Positions 26,651-40,122 of a DNA stretch of 64,000 nucleotides are shown one piece after another. The translations under genes were made by a program, and so were the position numbers. Location of the stretch: NCBI RefSeq assembly GCF_009914755.1, contig NC_060941.1, one strand, 5' to 3'. Origin of the DNA: the human T2T-CHM13v2.0 reference genome, Homo sapiens. Below the pieces are notes generated by a model. It saw nothing but the letters and a program-made list of their open reading frames with translations, was not told where the DNA came from and ran no database searches. Position 1 is the stretch's first letter. Every line of letters starts with the position of its first letter.

Positions 26651-28195
26651 TATACAAAAAGAATTCGACAAAATATTTTTAAAATTTCTCTTGTAAGCCA
26701 TTAAAGAAATTGCAGGAAATTTTAAATGTTAGACTTGACAATAAGTGAATACAAGTTTAGTATGGACTCTGATGCAAGCCAAATTGTACTAAAAAGGCAG
26801 ATACCAAAAAAGACCGTAGACAAACTTCACGAATAATTGTGACTACAGAAGTCTAAATAAAATATTAGCAAATTGATTCAGTGGTTCATAATGGGCATAC
26901 AAGTATGCTTCCATATTAAGAAGGCTATTCACATAATGTATCTTGAGTAACACTGAAAAAGTGTTTTATTAAAAATGCAACAGCCATACCTGATTTTTTA
27001 AATACTGTTGATAAACTATGAAGAAAAACAATAGTTGCTAAATATGCACAGCCACTTCTGCTTTACAGTTCATTACTGGCCATTGCACAACATCCTGTCT
27101 CACCAATATCCTCTTTGCTCCCAGACATGCTGGCCTATATTTACTTCCTTAAACACAAGAATGACCTTTCCCTGCTCAGGGGCTCTGCTCAGGGTGGCTG
27201 TTTTTCTGCAAAGCTCTTTGCCTATTGTGTTACAAGACTGGCTTTTTGTGGTCCTTCATGTCTCGGCTAAAAAGACATTAGCCATGGTTATCTAACTCTA
27301 CATGCTGGAATTTGATACAATTTTTATTATCTCCTTTATAACTTTTCAGATTTTTAATGTTTTATTCCATATACATTCAGTTTTCAAAAGGAAAAAATAA
27401 TTTTTTAATCTTTAGTATATTTTGATAAAATATACTAGTATGTTTGGTATGTTTTAGTATGTTTGATAAAATACAAAACATTGATGTAACTTTTCCCAAA
27501 AAATAAGTAGACAGTTGTCCTAATGTCATTTATTGCATAATGCAACCTTTCCCTGGTGAATTAAAGTGTCACATTCCACATGAACTTGGCTGTTTCTTAA
27601 GTTTCTAGACAGTTCTACTGATCTGTTCATTCTAGCACCAGTACCCCCACTATTTTAAAGTTCTTAATAGAGCAAGTGTCTCCTTGTCTTCAACATTTTC
27701 CTAGCTTATTTTCATTCCTATTTTATAGGAAATTTAAACTAGCTCTTGTTTCTTTAAAACCCTGTTACAATTTTGACTTTCAAATAGGTTAAATTTTAGA
27801 ACAACTCAGAATATGCACCTTTGCAACATCTCATCTTTTTTATCTAGAATCTTGGTTATATCTGTCCATTTAATAAATTTTTACTTTATGCCTCAATAGA
27901 GAATTTGAAGACCATACCTGATTCTTATTAATACCTTAATGCATAGATTGTTTGCTGATAATGTGTTTCATATTTTAATCTTAGTATTCTTATCATTCAT
28001 ATATAATAACAGGTACTATTTATTGAGTGCTCTCCACATGTCAGCTCTTTGTGTTAAGTACTTTATTCCTTAATTTTCTCCTCACCCCAACCCATTTTTC
28101 ACATTTAAAAAACCTGAGTCTTAAAGAACACAAGTGACCTGCCTGAGGCATTACAGCCAAGAAGAGGCAGTGCTTTGACTTGAATTTAAGAGTTC

Positions 28196-28293
28196 GGGAT
28201 CAATAGATGCCCAAACGTCAGCATCTCTCAATATATCCTTGTAACAAATCTGCACATGCACCCCCGAATCTAAAATTAAAATTAAAAAAAAAA
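28196..28293 (+). mobile_element. About 100-bp L1PB 3' end
   Basis: gtaacaaatctgcacatgcacccccgaatctaaaa plus A tail, TSD aagagttc. Absent from the paralogous intron. Confidence 0.8.
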
Positions 28294-28860
28294 AAGAGTT
28301 CCCACAGAACGGTCTTTAGCACTGCACTACGTGGCTTACGGGGACCATGAAAGCTGAGAGCCTGTTCATTTTGTCATGGGTCACTTCACTGACTAATCAC
28401 AGACATCTTTTTTTTCTAATGATGTTTCCACTCATTTTCTTAGATTTCCCAGAGAGATCATTATATCAACAAGTAATAATAATTCTTCTTTCTCCTTTCC
28501 AATATTTTATTTCTCCACTTCCTCCAATTGGACAATAATCTTTTCTTGTAATGCATATACCTGTATTAAATACCACTTAAAACCCTGTATAAAATCATAA
28601 CATAACACACTAAACTTTAAACACTTCAAGACTATTGGAAGATGGCAGGATTAAAAATAAGGCTTAGACATTGTTTTTATAATATTCATTATGTCAGGTG
28701 AGAAGTTGCTGGAATAAATAAGTTGCATACTTTCCATATTCTATTTTTGTGCCTATAATGACCTGTTGCTTTTATTATTTTTAAAGTTTAGTCCAAGATA
28801 TTTTAATTCTAAGAAAAGAGTTGATTTTGCTTATCTTCGTGTCCTTATTCAAATGAGGGC

Positions 28861-28894
28861 ACTTAATAAACATTTGTTGGTGTTAATGTTACAG
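28861..28894 (+). promoter_or_regulatory. Putative branch point and splice acceptor of the OR1D4 coding exon
   Basis: cttaat…tgttggtgttaatgttacAG, 12 nt upstream of the ATG. Conserved in the paralogue (tgttgcAG ending at 53835). Confidence 0.55.
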
Positions 28895-28906
28895 AAAGTT
28901 GGGGGA

Positions 28907-29845
28907 ATGGATGGAGATAGCCAGAGTGAGAACTCACAGTTCCTTCTCCTGGGGATCTCAGAGAGTCCTGAGCAGCAGCAGATCCTGTTTTGGATGTTCC
29001 TGTCCATGTACCTGGTCACGGTGCTGGGAAATGTGCTCATCATCCTGGCCATCAGCTCTGATTCCCACCTGCACACCCCCATGTACTTCTTCCTGGCCAA
29101 CCTCTCCTTCACTGACCTCTTCTTTGTCACCAACACAATCCCCAAGATGCTGGTGAACTTCCAGTCCCAGAACAAAGCCATCTCCTATGCAGGGTGTCTG
29201 ACACAGCTCTACTTCCTGGTCTCCTTGGTGACCCTGGACAACCTCATCCTGGCCGTGATGGCGTATGATCGCTATGTGGCCATCTGCTGCCCCCTCCACT
29301 ATGTCACAGCCATGAGCCCTGGGCTCTGTGTCTTGCTCCTCTCCTTGTGTTGGGGGCTGTCTGTTCTCTATGGCCTCCTCCTCACCTTCCTCCTGACCAG
29401 GGTGACCTTCTGTGGGCCTCGAGAGATCCACTACCTCTTCTGTGACATGTACATCCTGCTGTGGCTGGCATGTTCCAACACCCACATCATTCACACAGCA
29501 TTGATTGCCACTGGCTGCTTCATCTTCCTCACCCTCTTAGGGTTCATGACCACATCCTATGTACGTATTGTCAGAACCATCCTTCAAATGCCCTCGGCCT
29601 CTAAGAAATACAAAACTTTCTCTACCTGTGCCTCGCATTTGGGTGTGGTCTCCCTCTTTTATGGGACGCTTGCTATGGTGTACCTGCAGCCCCTCCATAC
29701 CTACTCCATGAAGGACTCAGTAGCCACAGTGATGTATGCTGTGCTGACACCTATGATGAACCCTTTCATCTACAGCCTGAGGAACAAAGACATGCATGGG
29801 GCTCCGGGAAGAGTCCTATGGAGACCCTTCCAGAGGCCTAAATGA
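28907..29845 (+). CDS. OR1D4: Olfactory receptor OR1D4, intact-ORF allele, 312 aa (starts at MDGD; the ORF track's upstream extension is probably intronic)
   Basis: Motifs [44 protein letters not shown]1D-type N- and C-termini (…[11 protein letters not shown]). Position downstream of OR1A1 favours OR1D4 over the near-identical OR1D5. Confidence 0.88.
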   Translation: MDGDSQSENSQFLLLGISESPEQQQILFWMFLSMYLVTVLGNVLIILAISSDSHLHTPMYFFLANLSFTDLFFVTNTIPKMLVNFQSQNKAISYAGCLTQLYFLVSLVTLDNLILAVMAYDRYVAICCPLHYVTAMSPGLCVLLLSLCWGLSVLYGLLLTFLLTRVTFCGPREIHYLFCDMYILLWLACSNTHIIHTALIATGCFIFLTLLGFMTTSYVRIVRTILQMPSASKKYKTFSTCASHLGVVSLFYGTLAMVYLQPLHTYSMKDSVATVMYAVLTPMMNPFIYSLRNKDMHGAPGRVLWRPFQRPK

Positions 29846-30028
29846 AGGTAATTTTGGAAAGGAGATTGAAGTGGAGACTGGAAATATCCTTCACCACACA
29901 TAAGGCATTATGCTTTGGGATATGCAACAGTCAGAGTACAGCTCCAGCTCAGAATGAGCATATCTACCTGTGGTGAAGAAAAGACACAATGTGTATCCCA
30001 GTGCCTCCCAGACCTCACCAGCCTTGGC

Positions 30029-30034
30029 AATAAA
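30029..30034 (+). terminator. Candidate polyadenylation signal for OR1D4
   Basis: AATAAA about 185 nt after the stop codon. Confidence 0.35.
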
Positions 30035-31489
30035 TAATGTCATGCTAACACTACTACCAGGATTTTACAGGGTCAAATATTTAAACCTGCTTGATCATAG
30101 GCCCACAGTCCTAGGCTTATCTATATATACACAGTCATAGCTTAGGGAGGGCTCTCATGTTTTCTAGCACCCATTCACTTATGACCCAGAGGTTTGGCTT
30201 CTCTAAGGAGCCTGCTATCTTCAAGCTCTTTAGAGAAGACACTTTGCACTACCCCTACCACAGATGCCCTGGGTGAGGCTTCCCCTTTCTTGATGTTCTA
30301 ACAGGTACAACACGCACCACTTCAATGTTGACATATAGTCACTCTGGACACAGTTCATATGGTTCATGCAGAAATGCCAACAAGATTCCTCTTGTGCTCT
30401 GGGTTGATTTTATCTTTGGGGCCTCAAAGCAACACTCTCTTGCCTTTTCCCTGCATTCCTTTTCTCTGTAGGAAGTCAGACCTTGCCCTTGGAAAGACCA
30501 TCCTATCTTTTATTTCTGTAGTTCCTCACCTTCCTTCTCTTTATGCAAGAATTCCATCCACCCCTGAAAACAAAACTCTCAAACATAAATGCATATTCAT
30601 AAATAGCAGTGGTAGTATGGCCAGTAGAAGGGGAGGATTCTGGAACAAATGAACAATTTAGTGATCCCAGAGAACATAGAGGAAAGGAGATATTTTAATA
30701 AATAAATTGGGAATCGAACTCAATAAAATATAAAACAAAAATACAATGAAGAGGATTTTAAAGCCAAAGATAGGTTCTTTTAAAATAAAATGAAGTGAAC
30801 AAACCCCTGGAACTTGAGCAAAGAAAGAAAAGACATGAGTAAAGATTACAGTGGGAAGAATGGTGGTAAAAACTAAAGATAACATCAAGATTAGGGTGAT
30901 GAAGAGGGAATATCATCAACATCTACATGCCAATAATTTTGAACATTTTGACAAAATAAATAAATCCTTGAAAAAAATGTGACTTTTCAAAGCTGACTCA
31001 AGAAGAAATGGAAAAATTAAATAGTCCTATAACTAGAATTTAAGCAATCATTTTAAATATTCATATATATATGAATATGTACACATCACAAATATAAATC
31101 CATTGATAAGCAACTTTTACGAAGTTACGAATCATCCAGTTTTTTTTTAAAAAAATTTGCAGAGAATAGAAAAAGAAATGAAACTTCCCAAATAGTTTTA
31201 TGTCATAATTATCACCTGATATCAAAGCAGAAAAAGAGGACAAGAAAAAGTGCAAGAGCTAATTTCACTTAAAAATATAAATACAGGTATCCCAAAGAAA
31301 ATACTAGTAAATTGAATCCAACAGAGAATTTAAAAATAATAATACTGCATAAGTACCCATTAGGATATTTCAAAGGTATATAAAGATAATTTGATACTTT
31401 TTAATCCATAAGTGTTTATTATATTGACAAATAAAAAGAAAAAATCAACATGTCAATAGATGCAGAGAAAGACAAAATTCTAAACAAAT

Positions 31490-32550
31490 GTTGTCCTTGA
31501 TAAAGCAATAAATTTTTATTAAATCACATCTTTTCATGTATGTCTTTTTAATATTTTGTATAATATAATGGCTAGTACCAGAGAGCACTTCTGCATCTCA
31601 GAGTACAATGATTGTCTTGTGAGGAAGTACTTGAATGATTGAATTTGGGCTCAACCAGCCATTTCATGGAACATTATTTTTATTTGTTAGAATTACTGAT
31701 AAACTATAGTTATTCAGAATTGGTATTTGGCAGGCGTTGCCACAAAATAAATGAAGTGAGCCTGTCACTGTAAGAAAAACTGACAGTATTTGTTGCCAGT
31801 AATAAATATTTGGTCTATCAAGCAATATCACCCCTTTGGAAAATTCGTCCATCATGGTGATGGATATATATTTCATATATATATGAAATGTGTCAACACT
31901 GGAAGATCTGTATAACTCAGTGAGCCAGTATTTTTCAAATGACCAATGCATTATGTGAAAAAGTTACACATAAATAAAAGATTAACTTAAAATGCAAAAG
32001 AAGCCAATGGATTTTAATGACATAGGGGATAAAATGTCTATTCATGTGTTATCAGATTCTGCATTGCTACTAACCTTTAAGAAACTACCACTTATCACGT
32101 TTTGATGTAGTATCAAATAATATTAATTGAAAGGGTTATTAACATAATCCTCCCTTTTGCAATTACACATCTGTATAAGGCTGGATTTTCTTCATACATG
32201 TCAACCAAAATAACATATCACTACAAATAAATGCAGAAGCTGATACAGGAATCTAGCTCCCTTGTGTTAAGCCAGACATTAAAAAGATTGGAAAAAAAGT
32301 AAAACCATGCTATTCTTCAATAAATTTTTTTTAAAAATATAGTTATTTCTATTTAAAATCCTACTATAAAAACATGTCATGGTAATATTATTGTTTTATG
32401 AGGGAATTAGTAAATAAATATTTTAAATGTCTTTCTAATATGAGAATATCAGTAGATAAAACCCATATAAACACAGCTCATGGCTCTTTTGGTCCCAAAA
32501 ATTTTAAGCAGGTAAATGCATCCTGAAACCAAAAGTTTGAGAACTGTTCT
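31490..32550. mobile_element. hAT-Charlie (Charlie1-like) DNA transposon fragment
   Basis: Charlie-like internal text and terminal …aaaagtttgagaac. Confidence 0.65.
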
Positions 32551-34252
32551 CCTAAAGTACAAACATACTTGAAAATTGTTCTCAAATTCGGAAATCAATT
32601 CCTTTGAAAAGGAGAACAAAATGAGGGAAAGGAATAGGGATAATGCTTTAGTGTTAACTATAATATTTTAAATCTTTTTTACAGAAAGAAGTGACATGAT
32701 CAGGTAACAAATTAATATTTTTAATTTTGTGGATGGTATATATGTGTCTAAAATTATTTTATTTTATTATATGCTTGAAATATGCCGCTAAAGAAAATGT
32801 AACACTTATTTTTAACCCTAAAATATTTATTAAGTAGTATTAAATTCCTTTGTTATTTTCAAACTCATATTTTTAATGGTTCTTTAACAAATTAGTTATT
32901 TAAAACATATAGCCTTATATGTGCTGGCAATGCCAACAGATAACACATAAATTCCAGCAGATAAGGTTACAAATAGAACACACTTTCAAATTACCTTCCT
33001 CTTTTCGTGATCAAAGACTATAAAACGTCATATACTTACTGACCATTCCTTCTCAATATTGATAATAGAATCAGAAATAGTCTCTTGTTTTATTTTCATA
33101 AATACTTAGGGAAGACATTGAGGCTTTAACATTTTTAATTTGGATGATGTTTACATTGTACAAGTATATGACATAAAATCATCTTCAGGTAGAGTTTAAG
33201 TAACTTGAAATCAAAGCTGAGCTGAAAGGGAAGTGACTCTGTTTCACCCACACTATCTAAAGGCTGATATTGTTCCCGTTTCCTAGCTGAACTGTTTGCT
33301 CTTTCATAGAAAATGGAACTATGCAGAAATTGTATTTAAAAATGTATATTGCAAATTTATAAAGGGAGGATAGGACAGAAGACCACTATGGGAAGAAAAA
33401 ACTGTAACAGAGAATCAGAATGCAAAAACCCAGAAAAAAAACTCAGTACTTAAAAATTATAATACATCTTTTACCACAGTAATTATATAAACTAAAATTA
33501 GAATCTAATTTTTGCCTAATTATACCTTATAAGACACAAGTATAATTGAATTTATGCCATGGTTAAGTGCTATTCTACCTTACGCTACATCATCTACACT
33601 ATTGCGAAGCACTTACTCCCAATTTTAACTGTATGTGAAAGGAATAAAAGTCTTCAGCCATCTAGGCATGCAATCTTTCTCAATTGAGTGAGTTAAATGG
33701 TACCTGGAAAAGGGTTTGATACGGTGTCAAAATATGAGATATAAAAAGATAGCTTATATCTGTGAGGTTTTTATTATGCCACTGAATTAATAAAGACTTT
33801 AAAGAATGAATCAGACTTTAAAACTCATCTATTCATGGATCTGTAGAGACAAAAGTCATGGTTATTTCTAACCAAAATTAGCTGAAGCATTATTTCTATT
33901 ACTTTTCTATTATGCTCACTGGTGTCAAGAAAGGAAGGAAATCATATTTCTGACATCTGCCAGATTACAGGACTTTCAAATGTTTCTCATTGAGTCCTTT
34001 AAACAATCTTATGAACAAGGTTTTGTTATTTTTATTTTACAAATGAGGAAACAGATACATAAGCAATTTTCCTAAGTAAATCACAGGGCAGTTATTCAAA
34101 TACATTTAGTTTAAGAAAATGTTATGGCAAAAATGCTGAGAAAGTGTGATGGAAAGAAAATTATAAGATTTTTATGTAATTTTTTCAAAATCTGTGAGTC
34201 ATTTTCAGAATATAAACCACACTGCCTAAATCAGGGTCAATAGTTGATTTAC

Positions 34253-35223
34253 TCTTCATAATGTATACATCTGACAAAGGACTAATATCCAGAATTTACA
34301 ACAAACTCAAACAAATCAATAAGAATAAAACAAACAATCCCATCAAAAAGTGGGCTAAGGACATGAATAGACAATTCTCAGAAGAAGATAAACTAATTGT
34401 CAGCAAACATTTGAAAAAATGCTCAACTTCACTAATGATCAGGGAGATGCAAATCAAAACCACAATGTGATACCACTGTACTCCTGCAAAAAGCAGCCAT
34501 AATCAAAAAATTATCATACTCCTGCAAGAATGTCCATAATCAAAAAATAGAAAAACAGGAGATGTTGGCATGGATGCAGTGATCAGGGAACACTTCTACA
34601 CTGCTGGTGGGATTGTAAGCTAGTACAGCCACCATGGAAAACAGTGTGGAGTTTCCTTAAAGAACTAAAAATAGAACTACCATTTGATCCAGCAATCCAC
34701 TACTGGGTATCTATCCAGAGGAAAAGAAGTCATTATTTGAAAAATGTACTTGCACACTCATGTTTATAGCAACACAATTCACAAATGCAAAATCGTGGAA
34801 CCAACCCAAATGCCCATTGATCAACAAATGGGTAAAGAAACTATGGCATATATATAATGGAATACTACTCAGCCATAAAAAGGAATGAATTAATAGCATT
34901 TGCAATGACCTGGATGAGACTGGAGACTATTATTCTAAGTGAAGTAACTCAAGAATGGAAAACCAAAGATCATGTGTTCTCAATGATATGTGGGAGCTAA
35001 GCTATGAGGACACAAAGCCATAAAAATGATATAATGGATTTTGGAGACTTGGGGAGAAGACTGGGAGGGGGGCGAGGGATAAAAGACAACAAATATGATG
35101 CAGTGTATACTGCTTGGATGATGGGTGCACAAGGATCTCATAAATCTCCACTAAAGAACTTACTCATGTAACCAAATACACCTGTACCCCAACGACAACG
35201 ACTTATGGAAAATAAAATAATAA
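34253..35223 (+). mobile_element. L1PB 3' end
   Basis: L1PB-type 3'UTR and an exact 14-bp TSD aatagttgatttac (34239-34252, 35224-35237). Confidence 0.92.
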
Positions 35224-35363
35224 AATAGTTGATTTACCAAGCAAAAAAAAAGAAAAAAAAAAGAAATTATTCATAGTTACTTTTTTAGTTTTTAAAGGAT
35301 GTGAAGCTTTGGTTTGCCATTGGGTTTGAAACTGGATGAATGATTAGATGTGGAAAACACATT

Positions 35364-35740
35364 TGTCTTAGTCAATTAGGGATGTTATAACAAATACCAT
35401 ACACTGGGTGGCTTAAACAACAGATTGATTTTCTCACACTTGTGGAAGCTAGGAGTCACTATCAGGATGCCAGCATGGTTGGGTTCTGGTAAGACTTCTT
35501 CCTAGCTTGTAGGCAGCCACCATCTTGCTGTGTGCTCACATGACCTCTTCTTTGTGTATGCAACGAGAGAAAGGAAAAGCACTGGTCTCCTCCTCTTCTT
35601 ATAAGAGCACTAATCCCATTATGGGGCTCACCATCATGAGCTCCTCTAAACCCAGTTACCTCCCAAAGGTACTCTCACATGGGGCAGTAGAGCTTCGACA
35701 TATGGATTTGGCAGGGACACAAACATTCAGTCCATAACAA
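35364..35740 (-). mobile_element. MLT1-type MaLR solo LTR
   Basis: tgtcttagtc…ataacaaataccatacactgggtggc…cattcagtccataaca. Confidence 0.8.
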
Positions 35741-35809
35741 TACTTCTTTCCCCTCTAAACACATAGAAAATCTGAATCATATATTTTTTATTAAAAATTG
35801 GTCAAGAAG

Positions 35810-38800
35810 AGAACGACATAAGCAAGATGGCAGAATAGGAGTTCTCCACTTTCACTCCCCCACACAGAAATCCAACTAGAAGCACCCACAATCAAGAATA
35901 CCATCCTAACACAAGGACACCGGGAGAGGAATGACACACACTGGGTCCTGTTGGGGGAGTGGGGGCGGTGGAGGGAGAGAATCGGGATAAAGAGCTAATG
36001 CATGCAGGGCTTAGTACCTCAGTGATGGGTTGACAGGTGCAGCAAAACACCATGGCACATGTTTACCTACGTAACAAATCTGCACATCCTGCACATGTAT
36101 CCTGGAACTTCAAATTTTTAGAAAAACATCTTGAACATTCCAGGAATTGGGACTGAGGCTGAGACACCACCCTGGGCCACACAACTGAGAAGAGCCATCA
36201 TCAAAGAGTAACAGAAATTGTTCCCTGACCATTTCACCCGCCCCAAAGTCAGCACCACACCACACAGAGAATGTTCTAGACCCACAGTTTCTACAATAAG
36301 AAAAGTGAATTGGAAGCGGATACTCAGTTTCCCCTTCATTCTGGGATCCTTTGCAGGAGGAGGCAAGCTCATGCTTGTCTCATCCCAGGGGACACAGAGA
36401 GAGCGCAGGCAGAGTGAGACCACCTGGGGTCAGTTAGAAACAAAGAATGAAGGTAGGACTTAAAGTAGCCAGCACACAGATCTTGGGAATTGCTCTGTAT
36501 TCTGGCCAATAGAGGTGCCACACCAGAAGAAACTAGTCGACAACATCGTGCTGTAGGAAACATTGTCCATAGGCCTTTCAGGCTCAAATCCTGAGCCACC
36601 TTTCCCACACAACCCAGTTGCTTTCATTAGTCTTCCCCAGGTTGAGAGGCAACTGCATGTCAGCAATTACCTGTAAAATGACCATCTGGACTTGCCCAAC
36701 TTTACTTCCTGGGATGCAAGGCTGGTTCAACATACACAAATCAATCAATGTGATTTATCACATAAACAGAATTAAAAGCAAAAACCATATGATCATCTCA
36801 ATAGAAACAGAAACAGGTTTTGGTAAAATCCAGCATCCCTTCATGATAAAACTCCTCAACAGAGTAGGCATCCAAGGAACATACCTCAAAATAATAAGAG
36901 CCATCTATGACAAACCCACAGCCAACATCATACTGAATGGACAAAAGCTGGAGCCATTCCCCTTGAGACCTGGAACAAAACAAGGATGCCCACTGTCACC
37001 ACCCTATTCAACATAGTACTGGAAGGCCTAGCCACAGCGATCAGGCAAGAGAAATAAAAGGCCTCCAAATAAGAAAAGAATAGGTCAAACTATTGAAAAG
37101 TGGGACCTAATTACCTAAAGATCATCTACACAGCAAAAGAAACTATCGAAAGAGTAAACAGACAACCTGCAGAACGGGAGAAAATATTTGCAAACTGTGC
37201 ATCTGACAAAGGTCTAATATCCAGTATTTGTAAGGAACTTAAATAAACAAGCAAAAAATAACCACATTTAAAAAATGGGCAAAGGAAAAGACACTTCTCA
37301 AGGGAAGGGACAGGATTGGACAACAAACATATGAAAAAAAATGCTCATCACTAATCATCAGAGAAATGCAAATCAAAACCACAGTGAGACACCATCTCAC
37401 ACCAGTCAGAATGGCTATTAATAAAAAGTCCAAAAAAAGCAGATGCTGGCAAGGCTGTGGAGAAAAGGGAGGGAACGCTTATATGCTGATGGTGGGAATG
37501 TAAATTAGTTCAGCAACTGTGAAGAGCAGTTTGGAGATTTCTCAAAGAACTTAACAACAGAACTACCATTTGACTCAGCATTTCCATTACCGGGTATATA
37601 AATCATTCTACCATAAGGACATATATATGCATATGTCCATCACAATGCGATTCACAACAGCAAAGACACGGATTCAACTTTGGTGCCCATCAGTCGTTGA
37701 CTGGATAAAGAAAATGCTTATATATACCATGGAATATTATGCAGTCATAAAAAAGAAGGAAGTCACATCCTTTCCAACAACATGGATGGAGCTGAAGGCC
37801 AAAATCCTAAGCAAACTAACTCAGGAACCGAAAACCAAATACCACATGTTTTCACTTATAAGTGGGAGCTAAACATTGAAGACACATGGACACAAACAGG
37901 AGAACAACAGAAACTGCAGACTAATGGTGAGGGAGGAGGGGAGGGAGGCATGGGTTGAAAAACTACCTGTTTGGTACTATGCTCTCTGGCTGGGTGCAAT
38001 ATACACATGCAACAAACCTGCATATGTACCCTCAATATTGAAAATTTTTTAAAATAAAATTTTTAATAAACAAAAACAAACCATTCCATATAAAACCACA
38101 AAAGACCCCAATAGCCAAAAATAAACTTCAGCCAAAAGAACAAAGCTGAAGGCATCACACTCTCTGGTTTCAAAACATATTAACATATTATAAAACAATT
38201 TTAATCAAAATACTATGGTACTGGCATAAAAACAGAAACATCTATACATGAATAGTGAACTATCTGAAAAAAAAATGGAGAAACCATACCATTTACAATA
38301 GCTACCAAAACCAAAGATCCCTTGGAGTACATTTAACCAAAGAGATGAAAGATCTCTAAAATAAAAACTATAAAACATTGAAGAAAAAATTGAAAAGAGA
38401 ATAGTAAATGAGAAAATATTCCCTGTTCATGGATTGAAAGAATTACCATTACTAAAATGTCCATGTTACTCAAAGCAATCTACAAAGGCATAAAAATCCA
38501 TATCAAAATAGCAATGATGTTCTTTATAGATATATGAACTGATGTTTCTTTAGATGACATACAAATGGCCAATAGGTACATGAAAATATGCTCAGCATCA
38601 CTAATCATTAGAAAAATGTACATCAAAATCACCATGAGGTATCATTTCATGCTTGTTAGAACAGCCTTCACCATAAAGATGAATGACGAGTATCGGAGGA
38701 TGTGGAGAAAAGGTAACTTTTAAGCATTGTTGGTGGGAATGTAAATTAGTATAACAATTATGGAAGATGGTATGGAGGTTCTTTAAAAACTAAAAATCGA

Positions 38801-39210
38801 ACCACTGCTGGGCACAGTTGCTCGTGCCTGTAATCCCAACACTTTAGGAGGATGAGGCACGAGGATCACTTACAGCCAGGAGTTTGACACCAGCCTGGGC
38901 AACATGGTGATACCCCATCTCTACAAACACAAAATTTAAAAAGCTAGCTGGGCATGGTGGCACACACCTGTAGTCCTAGCTCCTGGGGAGGTTAAGGCAA
39001 GAGGATCTCTTGAGCCCAGGAGGGCAAGGCTGCAGTGAGCTATGACTGTGCGACTGCACTCCAGCCTGGGCGGAAGAGTGAGACCTTGCCTCTAAAAAAA
39101 TTACTTTTTTAAAATGAAGCTACCATGTTTCAGTAATCCCAATTCTAGGTATGTACCCAAAGGAAATGAAGTCAGTATGTTGAAGGCATATCTGCTCTCC
39201 CGTGTTCATC
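35810..39210 (+). mobile_element. Mosaic of L1 pieces (old 5'UTR, L1PA ends, internally deleted L1PA/PB ORF2-3'UTR) with AluJ at 38807-39100
   Basis: ORF2 peptides [16 protein letters not shown] and [16 protein letters not shown], plus L1 3'UTR. Confidence 0.8.
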
Positions 39211-39759
39211 ACAGCTCCTGCTCCAGAATCACAACTACCATGTCAGGTAGTCCTGGGTCCCTTTCTGCTCTGGAATCCATCACTTCTGGGTACCAAATAC
39301 ACTTCTGTATACAATACTGTACCCACCAACTACAGCAGTACTCTCTAAGCAAAGGGAGGAGGGAGAGAACAAAGAAGCAAGCCAAGCCCAGCAACAAGGA
39401 GCCAGGTAGGAGATATTCCCTGAGCTGGGTTTGAAGGGACAGGAAAAACAGAAATTTTGCTGACCAAAAAAAAAAAATTGAGAAGAAAAGTTGAGGCAAA
39501 GGGAATAGCACACATGAAAGCACAGGGATTTGAAACAGGGTGTGTGCGGGGAGTGATGGGGAGTCTGGTATAAATAAGAGCGGCGGCAGTGACGCTATCC
39601 AGGCAGTGTCACAGGCCAGGGGCTCCAGAAGCAAGTATGAGAAAGAGTTTGGAGTGAAAAGTGTTTACTAGGGAACAACACCTGTGAAGGAACAAGGGAA
39701 GGAGATTGATTGGGCAGAGGAGGAAGTCAAATTGCAGGCTGACCTCCCAGAAAGCCGAT

Positions 39760-40122
39760 TATCTCAGCACATTTTCTGCTTCTATAACAAAATACCTGAA
39801 ACTGGGCAATTTATAAAAAACAGAAAATAATTTCTCACAGTTCTGGAGGCTGGGAAATCCAAACCAAGCTGCCAGCTAGTGAGGACCTGGTCTCTGCATC
39901 CCCTTGGGGGACAAGAACACCGCACCTTCACATGGGGAAAGGTGAAAGAGCAAGAAAGCCACACACTGCATGAAGCCTCTTTTATAAAGGGTCTTATCCC
40001 ATTCACGTGGGAGGAGCCTCGTGGCCTAATCACCTCTTAAAGGCCCCACCTCATAATACTATCGCACTGGCTATGAAGTTTCAACGCATGACTTTTGGAA
40101 AGGACACTTTCACACCGTAGCA
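39760..40122 (-). mobile_element. MST-type MaLR LTR nested in an older ERVL-like LTR (about 39600-40410)
   Basis: ataacaaaatacctgaaactggg…tctcacagttctggaggctgggaaatcc…. Confidence 0.75.

Noticed and set aside
28766-28906. 47-aa N-terminal extension of OR1D4 (and the similar one at 53767) in the ORF track
   Set aside because: Starts at TTG and spans a conserved splice acceptor. The shared KHLLVLMLQ reflects branch-point/acceptor conservation. The canonical OR start is MDG.
28849-29494. Antisense and alternative-frame ORFs over the OR genes (also 53787-54411 and 4181-4366)
   Set aside because: Shadow ORFs produced by OR codon bias; their similarity between loci just mirrors the paralogy.
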